Shown: positions 32,684 through 43,530, counted from the first letter of the stretch. The stretch: DNA of 64,000 nt from Nitrospirota bacterium (GCA_963818475.1 CAWFSF010000005.1:384001-448000); one strand, 5' to 3'. The notes: generated from the letters alone by a model not told the origin. Numbers and translations are program-made.

Positions 32684-33629
32684 TCACCGTTTCTTTCTGA
32701 TCGCTTCCTTCCGCCGCAACGCAGAGGTCGTCGGCGAGACAGGCCGTAATGCTTCAGCAGCCCCTCGCTCTCGCCGGAGGTGCCGAAGGTGTCCTTGATG
32801 CCGACGCGCACCAGCGGCACCGGCCGGGATTCGGCCAGCACCTCGGCCACCGCGCCGCCCAGGCCGCCGATGATCGAATGCTCCTCCGCGGTCACGATGG
32901 CGCCGCAGCGCTTCGCCGCAGCGATCACCGCAGCCGCGTCGAGCGGCTTGATCGTGGACATGTTGATCACGCCCGGCGTCGATGCCTTCGGCTTTCAGCA
33001 GGTCCCGCGCCTTGAGCGCCTCGGCCGATCATGAGGCCCGTGGCGATGATCGCCACGTCCTTGCCTTCGTGGAACACATGCGCCTTGCCGATGATGAACT
33101 TGTACCTTCAGGCCCGAACAGCGTCTCCACCTTGTTCCGTCCGACGCGCACATAGCAGGGGCCCTTGTGCTCCGCCACCGCCTCGATGGCCAGCGTCGTC
33201 TCGACGCCGTCGGCCGGGACGATCACGGTCATGTTCGGGATCACGCGCATCACCGCGATGTCCTCCACGGACTGGTGCGATCCGCCGTCCTCGCCGACCG
33301 TGACGCCGGCATGGCTCGCCACGATCTTCACGTTCAGGTTGGGATAGCAGACGCACTGCCGGATCTGCTCCCAGGCCCGGCCCGTGGCGAACACGGCAAA
33401 GGTGCTGCAAAAGGGCAGTTTGCCGGCCGAGCGCGAGGCCTGCGGCCGTTCCCATCATGTCCTGTTCGGCGATGCCGATATTAAAGAACCGGTCCGGGAA
33501 CGCCTTGGCGAACTTCGATGTTTTGGTCGAACCCGACAGGTCCGCGTCGAGCACCACCACGTCGTTTCTTTTTTTACCGAGGCTGACCAGCGCATCCCCG
33601 TATGCATCTCTTGTCGCTACCTTAGTCAC
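32684..33629 (-). CDS. Transketolase C-terminal subunit (frameshifted)
   Basis: [38 protein letters not shown]. Confidence 0.92.
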
Positions 33630-33722
33630 AGTAACCTCCAGAAGAATTTCGGATTGCGGATCTCGGATTTCGGAATTAACAGCTTTCAATCCGCATTCCG
33701 CAATCCGAGATCCGCAATTGAA

Positions 33723-34567
33723 TTATTTACAGACGCCTGCTTCCAGTTCGTTCAACGCGGTTGCGCAGCTGCTTCCTTGGTCGGCGTTGCGCCGTGGAAC
33801 TCCACCTTGCCTTCGAACACGGCCGAGCCCTTGCCCTTGACCGTGCGGCAGACGATCATGGTCGGCTTGCCCTTCACCGTCTCGGCCTTGTCGAGCGCTG
33901 CGGTGATCTGGGCCATGTCGTGGCCGTCGATGTCCAGCACTTCCCAGCCGAACGCGCGCAACTTGTCGGTGATCGGCTCCACGCCCATGACCTTGGCGAC
34001 CGGCCCGTCGATCTGGAGGCCGTTGTTGTCGACCATGGCGCAGAGGTTGTCCAGCTTGTAGTGCGCCGCGGTCATGGCCGCTTCCCAGATCTGGCCTTCC
34101 TGGAGCTCGCCGTCGCCGAGCAGGGCATAGACCCGGTTCGCGCGCCTTGTCGAGCTTGTGCGCAAGCGCCAGGCCGTTCGCCACGGACAGGCCCTGGCCG
34201 AGCGAGCCCGTCGAGATCTCGACGCCCGGAAGATACTTGCTGTCCGGGTGGCCCTGGAGCCGGGAGCCCAGTCTTCCGGAGCGTGCAGAGTTCGGTGGTC
34301 TCGAAAATAGCCGGCATGCGCCAGCACCGTGTACAGAAGCGGCGCCGCGTGCCCCTTGGAAAGGATGAAGTTGTCCCGGTCCTTCCACTTCGGCTTCTTC
34401 GGATCATACTTCATCTTGTAGAAATAGAGCGCCGTCGCGATGTCCGCGGCGGAAAGGCTGCCGCCCGTATGGCCGGAGCCGCACTCCGTCAGCATTTTCA
34501 GGATATCGATCCGGATGTTCCGGGCTTTTTCTTTCAAAGCCTTCACTTGTTCTTCAGTAGCAGCCAT
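33723..34567 (-). CDS. Transketolase N-terminal subunit (frameshifted)
   Basis: [39 protein letters not shown]. Confidence 0.92.
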
Positions 34568-34671
34568 GCATCAAACCTCCTAAAGTACTGCAAAGTATGT
34601 TTTTATGTTGACGCAGTGAGCAGGGTTAAACACCGAACTCCGCGGACTCCGAACTGGCAATTGCGCTCCGC

Positions 34672-35124
34672 TCAATGGTCCTCGGCGAGAAGATCGAGAA
34701 TGATGTCGTCGAGGCTTTTTTCTTTCGGCTCTTCCTTGGGAGGAGGAGGCGGCGCTGACGGCGCGGTGCGGGGCGCCGTCTCCTTCTTGACCGGGGCCGT
34801 GCACGGCGCAGCGGCCTTGGGCGCCGCATTCTGTGCAGCCGTTGACTGATACGTCGCTTCATGCGGGGCGTTGTTGGCGTTCAGCTTGCCCTGCATCAGA
34901 TCGCGGATCATCTGCTTGTGCTGCTCCATCATGAGCTCGCGGACCACCTCGTCGAGGCAGTCCGCCTTGAGGATGTCGGCGTAGCTCGTCTTGCGCGAGG
35001 CGAGGATCGCCCCCTGGAAATAGAGCAGCGAAGTTATGAACGGGCTGTTCACCCCGCCGTCCTCGGTCTGACAGTGATAGACCTTTCCCTGGAACTTGAA
35101 GTCGGTATTGTACCCCGTAAGCAT
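34672..35124 (-). CDS. Conserved hypothetical protein
   Basis: MLTGYNTDF...YHCQTEDGG...SLDDIILDLL. Confidence 0.75.
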   Translation of the reverse strand: MLTGYNTDFKFQGKVYHCQTEDGGVNSPFITSLLYFQGAILASRKTSYADILKADCLDEVVRELMMEQHKQMIRDLMQGKLNANNAPHEATYQSTAAQNAAPKAAAPCTAPVKKETAPRTAPSAPPPPPKEEPKEKSLDDIILDLLAEDH

Positions 35125-35249
35125 AAGTAGGTATTATACTGACACGACGGAAGTTGCAAGACTTTTTGCTCCCGGACAGAACCTGGCAAGCCTTTTTCCT
35201 TCGACACCGCAGGTGACCGCACAGTCCGGTTGGTGTAAGTTTTGTCCGT

Positions 35250-35336
35250 GCCGGCGTGGTGAAACTGGTAGACGCAGAGGACTCAAAATCCTCCGGGGGC
35301 AACTCCATGTCGGTTCGATTCCGACCGCCGGCACCA
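35250..35336 (+). tRNA. tRNA-Leu (CAA)
   Basis: GCCGGCG acceptor stem, anticodon loop CT-CAA-AA, long variable arm, GGTTCGATTCC, 3' CCA. Confidence 0.95.
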
Positions 35337-35508
35337 AACATAAAATAAAAAAGATCGGGTCTCTTGCCGATCTTTTTTGCGTTTCAGGCGTGCGAAATCG
35401 AACAAGGGAGCCCGGGGTAAGCATTTTTTCCCGGTTGACGGTGCCCTTACTATGAATGCCCTTAAGATGTTCCGCTTCTAAAGAACCCGGACAGTTTTAT
35501 CACGCTCC

Positions 35509-35835
35509 TCAGGCGAAGAGCACCGACACGTGGCCTGTCTTGCGCGAACGTGAAGCCGGCTTGACGACGATCTGTACGTCACGGCCCAGGAGGGTCATGC
35601 ACTCAAGCATCTTTGTTTCTGAGATTCCGCGGAAACGTCCACGGAGCATATTGGAAAGCTTGGGCTGGGTCATCCCGAGCAGCGATGAGGCCTGTGTCTG
35701 TGTCAGTTTGCGAAGTTTAATGATCTCAGCTATCTTCGCGGAAAGTTGTGCCTTGACCAGCATCTCGTCCGCGTCAGCTACACCGAGATCGGCATACACA
35801 TTCATGCTTCCTTTTTCAACCTTGCTCATGGTCAC
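35509..35835 (-). CDS. XRE-family HTH antitoxin (HigA-like)
   Basis: GSMNVYADLG, LTQTQASSLLGMTQPKLS. Confidence 0.85.
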   Translation of the reverse strand: MTMSKVEKGSMNVYADLGVADADEMLVKAQLSAKIAEIIKLRKLTQTQASSLLGMTQPKLSNMLRGRFRGISETKMLECMTLLGRDVQIVVKPASRSRKTGHVSVLFA

Positions 35836-36221
35836 ACTCCTTCCGAATGCCGGCGGGCCAATTTCAGCCGCGCCTCAATCATGTCCTTATCCTGTTTAGA
35901 CGTCTCGATGCCCTTACGTGATTTCTTCTGGAAACAATGCAGCACGTAGACACCATTGTTGAATTTGACGGTATACACCGCGCGATAGGTGCTGCCGTCA
36001 TCATCTTCCACGACCTCAAGCACTCCGGCTGACCCGAAACCCTTGAGCGGCTTGGCTTGCGGATGCTTATGACCACTCTGCGCCAAATACAACGCATAGC
36101 CGACGACATCGACTACCTGCGTCGGCATTTCCAGAAGATCTTTTTTTGATGATCCTACCCAGAACAAGGGTTTCAATTGCCAGTCACTCCTGGTTAAATT
36201 ATACCTAAATGGGTATAACAA
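35832..36221 (-). CDS. RelE/HigB-type toxin (start uncertain)
   Basis: KPLFWVGSSKKDL, KPLKGFG, TYRAVY, VLHCFQKKS; toxin upstream of antitoxin. Confidence 0.85.
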   Translation of the reverse strand: MLYPFRYNLTRSDWQLKPLFWVGSSKKDLLEMPTQVVDVVGYALYLAQSGHKHPQAKPLKGFGSAGVLEVVEDDDGSTYRAVYTVKFNNGVYVLHCFQKKSRKGIETSKQDKDMIEARLKLARRHSEGV

Positions 36222-36300
36222 AGCAAATCAATATTCCCATAATGCCAGCCTGAGGATCTTTACCGTTAAAATCATCCTAAGATCCTCTAAGATCCTTCAC

Positions 36301-36340
36301 AAAAAAAATCCGAGGGCCTCTGCTGCAAAGGCCCTCGGAT
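36301..36340 (-). terminator. Terminator after cytochrome gene
   Basis: atccgagggcc...ggccctcggat with A-run on plus strand. Confidence 0.75.
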
Positions 36341-36364
36341 CGTAAGGTACGCGTCGTGAGTAGA

Positions 36365-37198
36365 CTATTTTTTCGGAGCCGCTGCTTTGGGCTGCGGCGA
36401 CGCCGCTTTCCAGTTGTTCAGATCGTGCGGGCTCTTGTGGCACTCAAGGCATCTCGGGAACTTGGCCATGATACCCTCAGGATGCATAGCGCCGTGGCAG
36501 TCCTGACATTTCGGCACTGTCTTATGTTTCTCCTGATGGCAGCTCGCGCAGGACTGGAGGGTGTGTTTGGTTTCATTCTTCATCAAGGAGCCGTACTGTT
36601 GCTTGTGACAAGCGGCGCAGAACTTGGAGTCAACGTCAACTGCGTATGTTACTGCCTTCGGCATGTGGGCTTTGTGGCACAGTCTGCAATCAGCCGCCGT
36701 GATGTCCTGCGAGTGGGGCTTATGGCACTGAGTGCACTGGGGAATTTTCCGGTGAACGTCGTGGCAGTCGGTGCAATTCTTGAGCGTGTGTTTGCTCTTG
36801 TTCTCGCGCAGCTGCTTGATCTGGTTCGTGTGGCAGGCAAGGCAAGGGTCGGTCATCGGTTTGTCGAACGTGATCTTGAGCGGTGTATGCGGGTTCTTAT
36901 GACACTGCAGGCAGTTCTTTTGCTCGAAGTGCGGTTTGCCCTGGTGGCACTTGCTGCATGCCGGAATGTTGTTCTTCGATGAGGGACGATGGCCGGTGTG
37001 GCAGTCCTGGCAGGTGATTGCCGTCTTGTGTTTTGACCCATTGGCCTCGATGTCCGCCGGCTGGCTCGTGTGGCACTTGGAGCAGTCGGACGGGCTAAGT
37101 TGAGCGAGTTTTGCAGGCTCATTCCCGGCGATAGCGGGTTGCGCAAAAGACAATGCAAACAGGAAACTTAAAAACAGAGACATGATTCTTCCAACCAT
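36365..37198 (-). CDS. Periplasmic dodecaheme cytochrome c
   Basis: Signal peptide and 12 CxxCH motifs. Confidence 0.92.
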   Translation of the reverse strand: MVGRIMSLFLSFLFALSFAQPAIAGNEPAKLAQLSPSDCSKCHTSQPADIEANGSKHKTAITCQDCHTGHRPSSKNNIPACSKCHQGKPHFEQKNCLQCHKNPHTPLKITFDKPMTDPCLACHTNQIKQLRENKSKHTLKNCTDCHDVHRKIPQCTQCHKPHSQDITAADCRLCHKAHMPKAVTYAVDVDSKFCAACHKQQYGSLMKNETKHTLQSCASCHQEKHKTVPKCQDCHGAMHPEGIMAKFPRCLECHKSPHDLNNWKAASPQPKAAAPKK

Positions 37199-37641
37199 TT
37201 CTTGTACACCTCCTAATTGCGGTTTAGAGATTCACACAGGTATCGGCGGCAATTAACCGGGTAGAGCATCAAAGCGAAAACCGGCCCCGACTTTACACAG
37301 GTCGCATAAAAAAATCAAGAACAATTAATATTGCAGAACACGTAAGTTTAGTTGCAAGACGTGGCCTGAAGGTTTCTGAAATGCTTCTGTTATCTGGATA
37401 TGACCCCAAGATCTTTCAATCCAATCGTAAGACACGATGGTATGCTTCCCTTGACAGTGCCCCTTTAACAGGTGATCCTTCGATGTCGTCTCCTGCCAGA
37501 AAAAAACACTGCCAGAAAAAAATCTTGACAGATTCCCCGGTTAGGTGGATTCTGGGAGGGTTAAAATCCCCGGGTAGCCGGTTATCTTTCAAAACCCAGC
37601 CTGCGTTCCGGTATCTCGTAATTATTGAGGGAGAAATTGTT

Positions 37642-38820
37642 ATGAAAGACCGTTTACTGCGCCATTTATTGAGAGTCGGAATGCTGTCAGCGCTCGTCAT
37701 GGCTGCGGGCATGATCCTGTCATTGCAGAGTTGCCTGCCCCCGCGCGGACGCGTCATTGTTCAGGCCCCTCCGCCGGTCCTGCTCGCTCCGCCGTTCCTG
37801 TACGTGATCCCCGGCACCTATGCGTATTATGTGGCAGATGTGGACGTGGACTTCTTCTTCTATCAGGGTTTCTGGTACCGCCCGTATCTTGGCCGTTGGT
37901 ATCGGGCTAATGCATATAACGGCTCCTGGACCTCTATAGCCACAAACAGGGTGCCGGTCGTCCTTCGGGAAGTTCCTAACACGTACCGGCGCGTTGCACC
38001 GCGCTCAAGCCGTTTGCCTCACCATGATGTTCAGAATAACTGGCGGAGCTGGGAGCGCGAACGCTATTGGGACAGGCAAGACGAGCCGAAGCGGGATAGA
38101 AACGATTACCGGGACAACGGCCGGACAGATCCAGGACCTCAACGCCAGCCGGTGATACTGCAGGAACAGCAGCAGCGTGAAAAGCATCCGGATCAGGACA
38201 GGAATGAATACAGGGATAAGGACAAAGATAAAGACAGAGGCAGGGACCGGAACGATTACCGGGACAACAGCCGGTTAGAGCCAGGACCTCAACGCCAGCC
38301 GGTGATACTGCAGGAACAGCAGCAGCGTGAAAAGCATCCGGATCAGGACAGGAATGAATACAGGGATAAGGACAAAGATAAAGACAGAGGCAGGGACCGG
38401 AACGATTACCGGGACAACAGCCGGTTAGAGCCAGGACCTCAACGCCAGCCGGTGATACTGCAGGAACAGCAACAGCGTGAAAAGCATCCGGATCAGGACA
38501 GGAATGAATACAAGGACAACGGGAGAGATTCAGGAGCTCGTCAGCCGGAAGATCGCCAGGGTCTGAACAGGGATAAAAATCAGAACGAAGGAAAAGTCGG
38601 GGAACGGAACGTACGCCAGGATCAGAAACCTCCCTCAGAGCCTGTGCGCCAGGTGACGCAGCCACAGGCGCAGCAGCAGGAAAAGCAACAGACTCCTTCG
38701 AAACAGAAGCAGAAACAAAAGAAAGACAAGGGCCAGAAAAAGGATGAAGACGAGGACAGCGCCACCTCGCAAGACAAGGATGAGAACAGGCGCGATGAAC
38801 GTGAAAGAAAAGGCCGGTAG
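37642..38820 (+). CDS. Exported/lipoprotein with Trp/Tyr-rich N-domain and charged repeat tail
   Basis: LQSC lipobox-like; YVIPGTYAYYVADVDVDFFFYQGFWYRP; RBS gaggg. Confidence 0.7.
   Translation: MKDRLLRHLLRVGMLSALVMAAGMILSLQSCLPPRGRVIVQAPPPVLLAPPFLYVIPGTYAYYVADVDVDFFFYQGFWYRPYLGRWYRANAYNGSWTSIATNRVPVVLREVPNTYRRVAPRSSRLPHHDVQNNWRSWERERYWDRQDEPKRDRNDYRDNGRTDPGPQRQPVILQEQQQREKHPDQDRNEYRDKDKDKDRGRDRNDYRDNSRLEPGPQRQPVILQEQQQREKHPDQDRNEYRDKDKDKDRGRDRNDYRDNSRLEPGPQRQPVILQEQQQREKHPDQDRNEYKDNGRDSGARQPEDRQGLNRDKNQNEGKVGERNVRQDQKPPSEPVRQVTQPQAQQQEKQQTPSKQKQKQKKDKGQKKDEDEDSATSQDKDENRRDERERKGR
38101..38515 (+). repeat. 150-bp in-frame tandem repeat (~2.8 copies)
   Basis: aacgattaccgggacaac at 38101, 38251, 38401. 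Confidence 0.92.
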
Positions 38821-38840
38821 TTAAATCGACCAACCAGCAG

Positions 38841-38869
38841 AAGGCCGCCCGCTCAGGCGGCCTTTTTTT
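38841..38869 (+). terminator. Rho-independent terminator
   Basis: aaggccgcc-cgctca-ggcggcctt followed by T-run. Confidence 0.8.
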
Positions 38870-38963
38870 ATTGTCCCTAGGACCTGGGTCCGCCATACAT
38901 GATGCGCATATCGGCGATCAGGAACTCCGGCATTATGTTTTTTACCTTTTCCGCCCAGGCGCG

Positions 38964-39122
38964 TCATGTATTCTCAACAAATCGTCCAGGCAGCCTCCTG
39001 AGTATCTCATCCCCGAAATCATCCTCTCCCCCATTCAGTTCGATTCCGTCGATCTCGTCAAAACTGAACAGACTGTTGCTGCTGAAAGTAGACTGATTAC
39101 AGCTATTTATGTGAATGATCAT
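38964..39122 (-). CDS. Small acidic ORF, 52 aa
   Basis: RBS aaggagg; MIIHINSCNQSTFSSNSLFSFDEIDGIELNGGEDDFGDEILRRLPGRFVENT*. Confidence 0.45.
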   Translation of the reverse strand: MIIHINSCNQSTFSSNSLFSFDEIDGIELNGGEDDFGDEILRRLPGRFVENT

Positions 39123-39542
39123 TGTAAGTCCCTCCTTAAAAAATATCTGACGTCTCCGAAACAGGGTACAATACTATGATCGCAACCACAGCTCAATTCA
39201 AACTGCCCTTACTCTTACTATAGCAACATTCGGGGGTTTTTAAGGAGGATGAAGATTTTCCTAACGACAATTTCGGAAGGTAGTCTTTAGTTTTACGGAT
39301 CAGGGGCGACATTGTTGAACCGTTGTGTTCAGCCACGCGGGCGTTTGCCTGGACAACTAAAAAATACCATGATTTCAATGACTTTTGCGTGGTGACGTTG
39401 GTGGAGTTTTGAAAGTGGAGCTTGCTTGATAAGCACCAAACAAAAAGAGGACCGGCACTGCGCCGGTCCTCTTTCTTATTCAGTTATAACGAATACGCGG
39501 GCGAAGCAAGGGGCAAGCAGGGAAGCTTTCGCTTTTCCCATC

Positions 39543-40406
39543 CTACCTCATGCCTCTTGATTCTCTTGATTCGCGACCGCCTTCTTCACGTCCTTCGGGT
39601 TTCTCTCTTTTCTTGGATTTCACTCGTTTCTCGGGTTTGCCTTGACTCCGCTCTCCCCCCGGTGCAGGGCCGCCCCTAAGGCTTCTGTTCTCTGCGGGCT
39701 GGAGCTGCCTCTCACCCCTTCCGGTGGGACCGCCCTGCGGGCTCATAATTCGCCCTTTCTCTTCAGGGCGGACCATTGGCCGCCGTTGCTGCTGTTCCGG
39801 TGTCCGAACCTGAGGCTCTCTTCTTTCCCCTGGTCTTGTTCGCTCTTGGAGCTGCTGCCGATGCTGCTGAACCTCAGGCCTTCTCTGATATTGCTCTTCC
39901 CGTTGACGCCTGAGTTCCTGCGTCTGTTGTTTCGGGCGCGGTGTATAGCCCTGGACGCCCCAGGTTCTCTGCCGCTCCCAATACCGCTGCCGGTCCCAGG
40001 TCTTCCAGTTCCTCTGCAGCTGCTGGTGCGGGATCCGTTCGTAGGTCCACGGGTGTCCATACCAATTCCGCTCCCGGTAGTAAACTCTCCATCCGGGGTC
40101 TATATCATAATAGAAGGTCGGCACCCTGTTGTAATATCTCCAACCCCGGTCGTAATAAGAGGAGCGATACCAGCCGCCTCCCCAGAAACGCCACCACCAG
40201 CCATCCCAGAAGAAGAGGTCTGCGTCTATATCTGGGACCGCGTAAACGCCGACCGTATCAGGCAGCACTACCACAAACGGAGGTGCTCCAAATATGATGG
40301 GCGGCGGCAGAGGGATCCCGATGCTTACATTTACCTCTGCCTTTGTCTGAACAGGAACGACAAAAGCCAACAAAAGAAGGATCGCTGCTATCACCGATTT
40401 ATTCAT
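39543..40406 (-). CDS. Exported Trp/Tyr-rich protein, paralog of 37642-38820
   Basis: Signal peptide; VVLPDTVGVYAVPDIDADLFFWDGWWWRF; Q/R/E-rich tail; terminator ~39443-39474. Confidence 0.75.
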   Translation of the reverse strand: MNKSVIAAILLLLAFVVPVQTKAEVNVSIGIPLPPPIIFGAPPFVVVLPDTVGVYAVPDIDADLFFWDGWWWRFWGGGWYRSSYYDRGWRYYNRVPTFYYDIDPGWRVYYRERNWYGHPWTYERIPHQQLQRNWKTWDRQRYWERQRTWGVQGYTPRPKQQTQELRRQREEQYQRRPEVQQHRQQLQERTRPGERREPQVRTPEQQQRRPMVRPEEKGRIMSPQGGPTGRGERQLQPAENRSLRGGPAPGGERSQGKPEKRVKSKKREKPEGREEGGRESRESRGMR

Positions 40407-40619
40407 TTTGCTTTCTCCTTACATGATGCATCAGTTAATCGCCGAGTTACAAGGAAGTTGGAATGATCCAAATCGCTCTTCCCGGAATGAAGATGCACCT
40501 TAATCTGCTACCCAGCACTTTTGAATGATAACACCGGACCGATCATAAGGCAAGACCATGGGAGCCGGATTTCCTGTCGATCTTTTTTGCGTTCAGGCCT
40601 TCCATTCCGCATTCCGAGG

Positions 40620-42014
40620 TTATAGCTCGAACTGCTGGTCCATCTCCGGCACGTGGGTCGTGAACCCGTATTGTTTCCGCACCAGGCCCGCAAAGGTAAG
40701 CGCTGCCGATTCTTCACCATGGGTCACGAAGACCGTCGGGCGGCTCCTGAACGCCGAAAGCCATGCCAAAAGCTCCTGCTGGTCGCCGTGTGCCGAGAAT
40801 CCGCCGATGGTCCAGATCCGGGCCCGGACCGCGATCTCCTCGCCCCAGATCGTGACCGACTGCGCATGGTCCACGATCCGCCGGCCCAGCGTTCCCTGCG
40901 CCTGGAACCCGACGAAGATAATGCTGCACTCCGGCCGCCAGAGGTTATGCTTCAGATGATGCCCGATGCGCCCCCCTTCGCACATGCCGCTGCCCGCGAC
41001 GATGATGGCCCCGGACTTGATCTTGTTGAGGGCCATGGATTCCTCGACGGAATGGGTGAAACGGATGTCGATGGCATCGCCGATCGTTCCGCCGGACATC
41101 AGGCGCTTCGCCTCCTCGTCATAGAGTTCGGGATGACCGAGATAGATCCTCGTGGCCTTCTCGGCAAGCGGGCTGTCGATGTGGACCGTGAGCTTCGGCA
41201 GCGCTCCCCCGCGCACCAGTTGGTTGAGATGGTACAGGACATCCTGCGTGCGGCCGATGGCAAAGGCCGGGATGAGCACGTTCCCGCCCTTCGCGAAGGT
41301 GGTCGTGATCGCCTCGGTAAGTTCCTGGGCGGTATCCGCGGTGTTCTTATGCAGCCGGTCGCCGTAGGTCGACTCCATGACCACGTAATCGGCCTCGGTC
41401 GCGAGCGTAGGGTCGTTGATGATGGGGTTTCCCTGCCTGCCGATGTCGCCCGAGAAGATGATCTTCTTCTCCTTGTCCGGCGCTGTAAACCACAGCGCGA
41501 GGCTCCCGGAGCCGAGGATGTGGCCCGCGTCGAGAAAGCAATACCGGAGGCCCCTGCCCGTGTCGGTGACCTGGCCGTACTTCGCGCGATCGATGAGCGG
41601 CAGCACCTTCTCCACGTCCTCGCCCGTGTAGAGCGGCTCAACAAGCCCGCCGCCCTTCCGCAGCGACCGCCGGGACATCCGCTCGGCGTCGTTCTCCTGG
41701 ATCTTCGCCGAGTCGAGCAGCATGGGACCGATCAGGTCCGCCGTCGCCGTGGTGGTGATGATCCTGCCTTGAAAACCCTCCTTCACCAGGCGGGGGATCA
41801 GGCCGGAGTGGTCGAGGTGGGCGTGGGTCAGGAAGAGGAGGTCGATCTCTTTTGGGTCATAAGCGAAGGGCTCACGGTTCTGGTCGCGGGAATCGCTCGC
41901 CCCCTGCACGAACCCGCAGTCAACGAGAATCTTCGCCTTCGGCAGGGTCAGCAGGTAGCAGGAGCCGGTTACCGTGCGTGCGGCGCCGAGAAAGCGGATG
42001 GAAGGGATGCTCAC
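40620..42014 (-). CDS. MBL-fold/beta-CASP RNA-processing hydrolase
   Basis: THAHLDHSG, AGHILGS, MESTYG, FSAHGD, VTHGE. Confidence 0.93.
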   Translation of the reverse strand: MSIPSIRFLGAARTVTGSCYLLTLPKAKILVDCGFVQGASDSRDQNREPFAYDPKEIDLLFLTHAHLDHSGLIPRLVKEGFQGRIITTTATADLIGPMLLDSAKIQENDAERMSRRSLRKGGGLVEPLYTGEDVEKVLPLIDRAKYGQVTDTGRGLRYCFLDAGHILGSGSLALWFTAPDKEKKIIFSGDIGRQGNPIINDPTLATEADYVVMESTYGDRLHKNTADTAQELTEAITTTFAKGGNVLIPAFAIGRTQDVLYHLNQLVRGGALPKLTVHIDSPLAEKATRIYLGHPELYDEEAKRLMSGGTIGDAIDIRFTHSVEESMALNKIKSGAIIVAGSGMCEGGRIGHHLKHNLWRPECSIIFVGFQAQGTLGRRIVDHAQSVTIWGEEIAVRARIWTIGGFSAHGDQQELLAWLSAFRSRPTVFVTHGEESAALTFAGLVRKQYGFTTHVPEMDQQFEL

Positions 42015-42180
42015 GATGATCTCCTTGTACTTACAACTGCTGCGCCTGGAAACACCGATTCAAATCTTTACCCAAACCACGCACGTCCCTGCTACATCCC
42101 CTGTCTTCTTTGACCCTGAAATGTTGAAAAGGGTAAAATGCAAAGAGAAGGACTTTCCCCTAAGATGCTCGTTCACCCTT

Positions 42181-43530
42181 TCAGTGCGTGTGCGCTCCGC
42201 TCTTGAGCTGTTCGTGGACGAAAATGATGTGTCCGCGGAGCACATAGAATTGGTCCGCAAACGACGCAGGCACTTTCATTTTGTTGACCTCCGTCTCGAT
42301 CTGGTCGATCCGCCCGAGCAATGCTTCCCTTTTGTCGGGCGTCGGCCGCGCCATCATGTCCCGTTCGAGCGCCAGCAGCTCACGATACCACCGGTAGATG
42401 CGCAGGCGGGTCCTCCATCGATAGAGTACGGGAAGGAGCCGCAGCGCCGGGAAAAGCACGATGACTGCCGGCACGAAGACCACGAGGACACGGTTTACCA
42501 GACTTGCCGCCCGGAACGGAAGGTACCGGTAGATAAAGCTCTTGCCCGATTTGTAGTAACGCAGCGCATCGGGGCTTAAGCGGAATTCATGCTCCAGCGG
42601 GGCCGGAAATTCACCCTGGCGTTTGAACAAGCCCGCCTTTCCATGCACCTCCTGTGCCGCCTCAAGCAGCAGATCGGACAGCGCGGGATGCAGATCGGCC
42701 CGTGCAATGAGCTCGACCGTGGGGCCGATCAGATGGACATCATGTTGGGGTATGTCCTTTCCCAGATCGAGGGAGCCTTTCGGCAGCTCCAGCTTGTTCA
42801 AATAGCTGATGCGGCGCGTGTAGCCGTCGGCCTGGGTGAAGTCAAAAAGCCGGATCCCCGGCGACCGCAGAAGTGTGCGCATGACCTCACGAGACGAGGC
42901 GTCTCCCATCATGAATGCGGCGTCGATCGTACCATTCAGCAGCTCCTTTTCCGCCTCTTCCGCTTCCAGGTTCCTCAATTGGGTCGCGCCGCCGGGTTCA
43001 ATGCCGTTGGCCTTGAGGAGGACCAGCGCCAGTGAGCGGGTTCCACTGCCCTCAGGACCGATGGAGAGCCGTTTGCCGTTCATTCGGGAAAGCAGGTCCA
43101 GGGGCGCCGCGCTTCGGTAGAAGATCAGGAACGGCTGATAGTAAACACTGCCGAGAGAAGCGAGCTTTTCAATATTCAGTTCCTTTGACAAGCCGCCCTG
43201 TACAAATCCAACGTCGACGCGGAACGTGGGATCGATCAGCCGCTTGAGGTTTTCGAGCGAACCCTGGGACGGAAGGATCTTCAGCTTCACGCCGTTGCGC
43301 GCCAGTATCTTCGCATACCGCTCGGCGTTCACCTGGGAAACACTGTCCTCGGGACCGGTCGTCATCGTAATGGTGGAAGGCGGAGCCGAGTAAAAAAACC
43401 AGAAAACAGCAGTGAGAAGTCCCAGGCTAAGCGCCAAAACGACACTGAGCGATACAGCGCGGCTGAGCCCGAATAACTCCGCGAACATTGACTGAAACCG
43501 GGCGAATCCGATTTCGTCCCTTGTCTTCAT
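42181..43530 (-). CDS. TAXI-family solute-binding protein with TM anchors
   Basis: SQGSLENL, VGFVQGG, IGPEGSGT, C-terminal TM and FADQFYVLRGHI. Confidence 0.8.
   Translation of the reverse strand: MKTRDEIGFARFQSMFAELFGLSRAVSLSVVLALSLGLLTAVFWFFYSAPPSTITMTTGPEDSVSQVNAERYAKILARNGVKLKILPSQGSLENLKRLIDPTFRVDVGFVQGGLSKELNIEKLASLGSVYYQPFLIFYRSAAPLDLLSRMNGKRLSIGPEGSGTRSLALVLLKANGIEPGGATQLRNLEAEEAEKELLNGTIDAAFMMGDASSREVMRTLLRSPGIRLFDFTQADGYTRRISYLNKLELPKGSLDLGKDIPQHDVHLIGPTVELIARADLHPALSDLLLEAAQEVHGKAGLFKRQGEFPAPLEHEFRLSPDALRYYKSGKSFIYRYLPFRAASLVNRVLVVFVPAVIVLFPALRLLPVLYRWRTRLRIYRWYRELLALERDMMARPTPDKREALLGRIDQIETEVNKMKVPASFADQFYVLRGHIIFVHEQLKSGAHTH

Noticed and set aside
35250-36300. Prophage or island integrated at tRNA-Leu
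   Set aside because: Only a higBA-type pair follows; no integrase or duplicated tRNA 3' end seen
38101-38515. Possible CRISPR array
   Set aside because: 150-bp in-frame coding repeats with no unique spacers; no cas genes in the window
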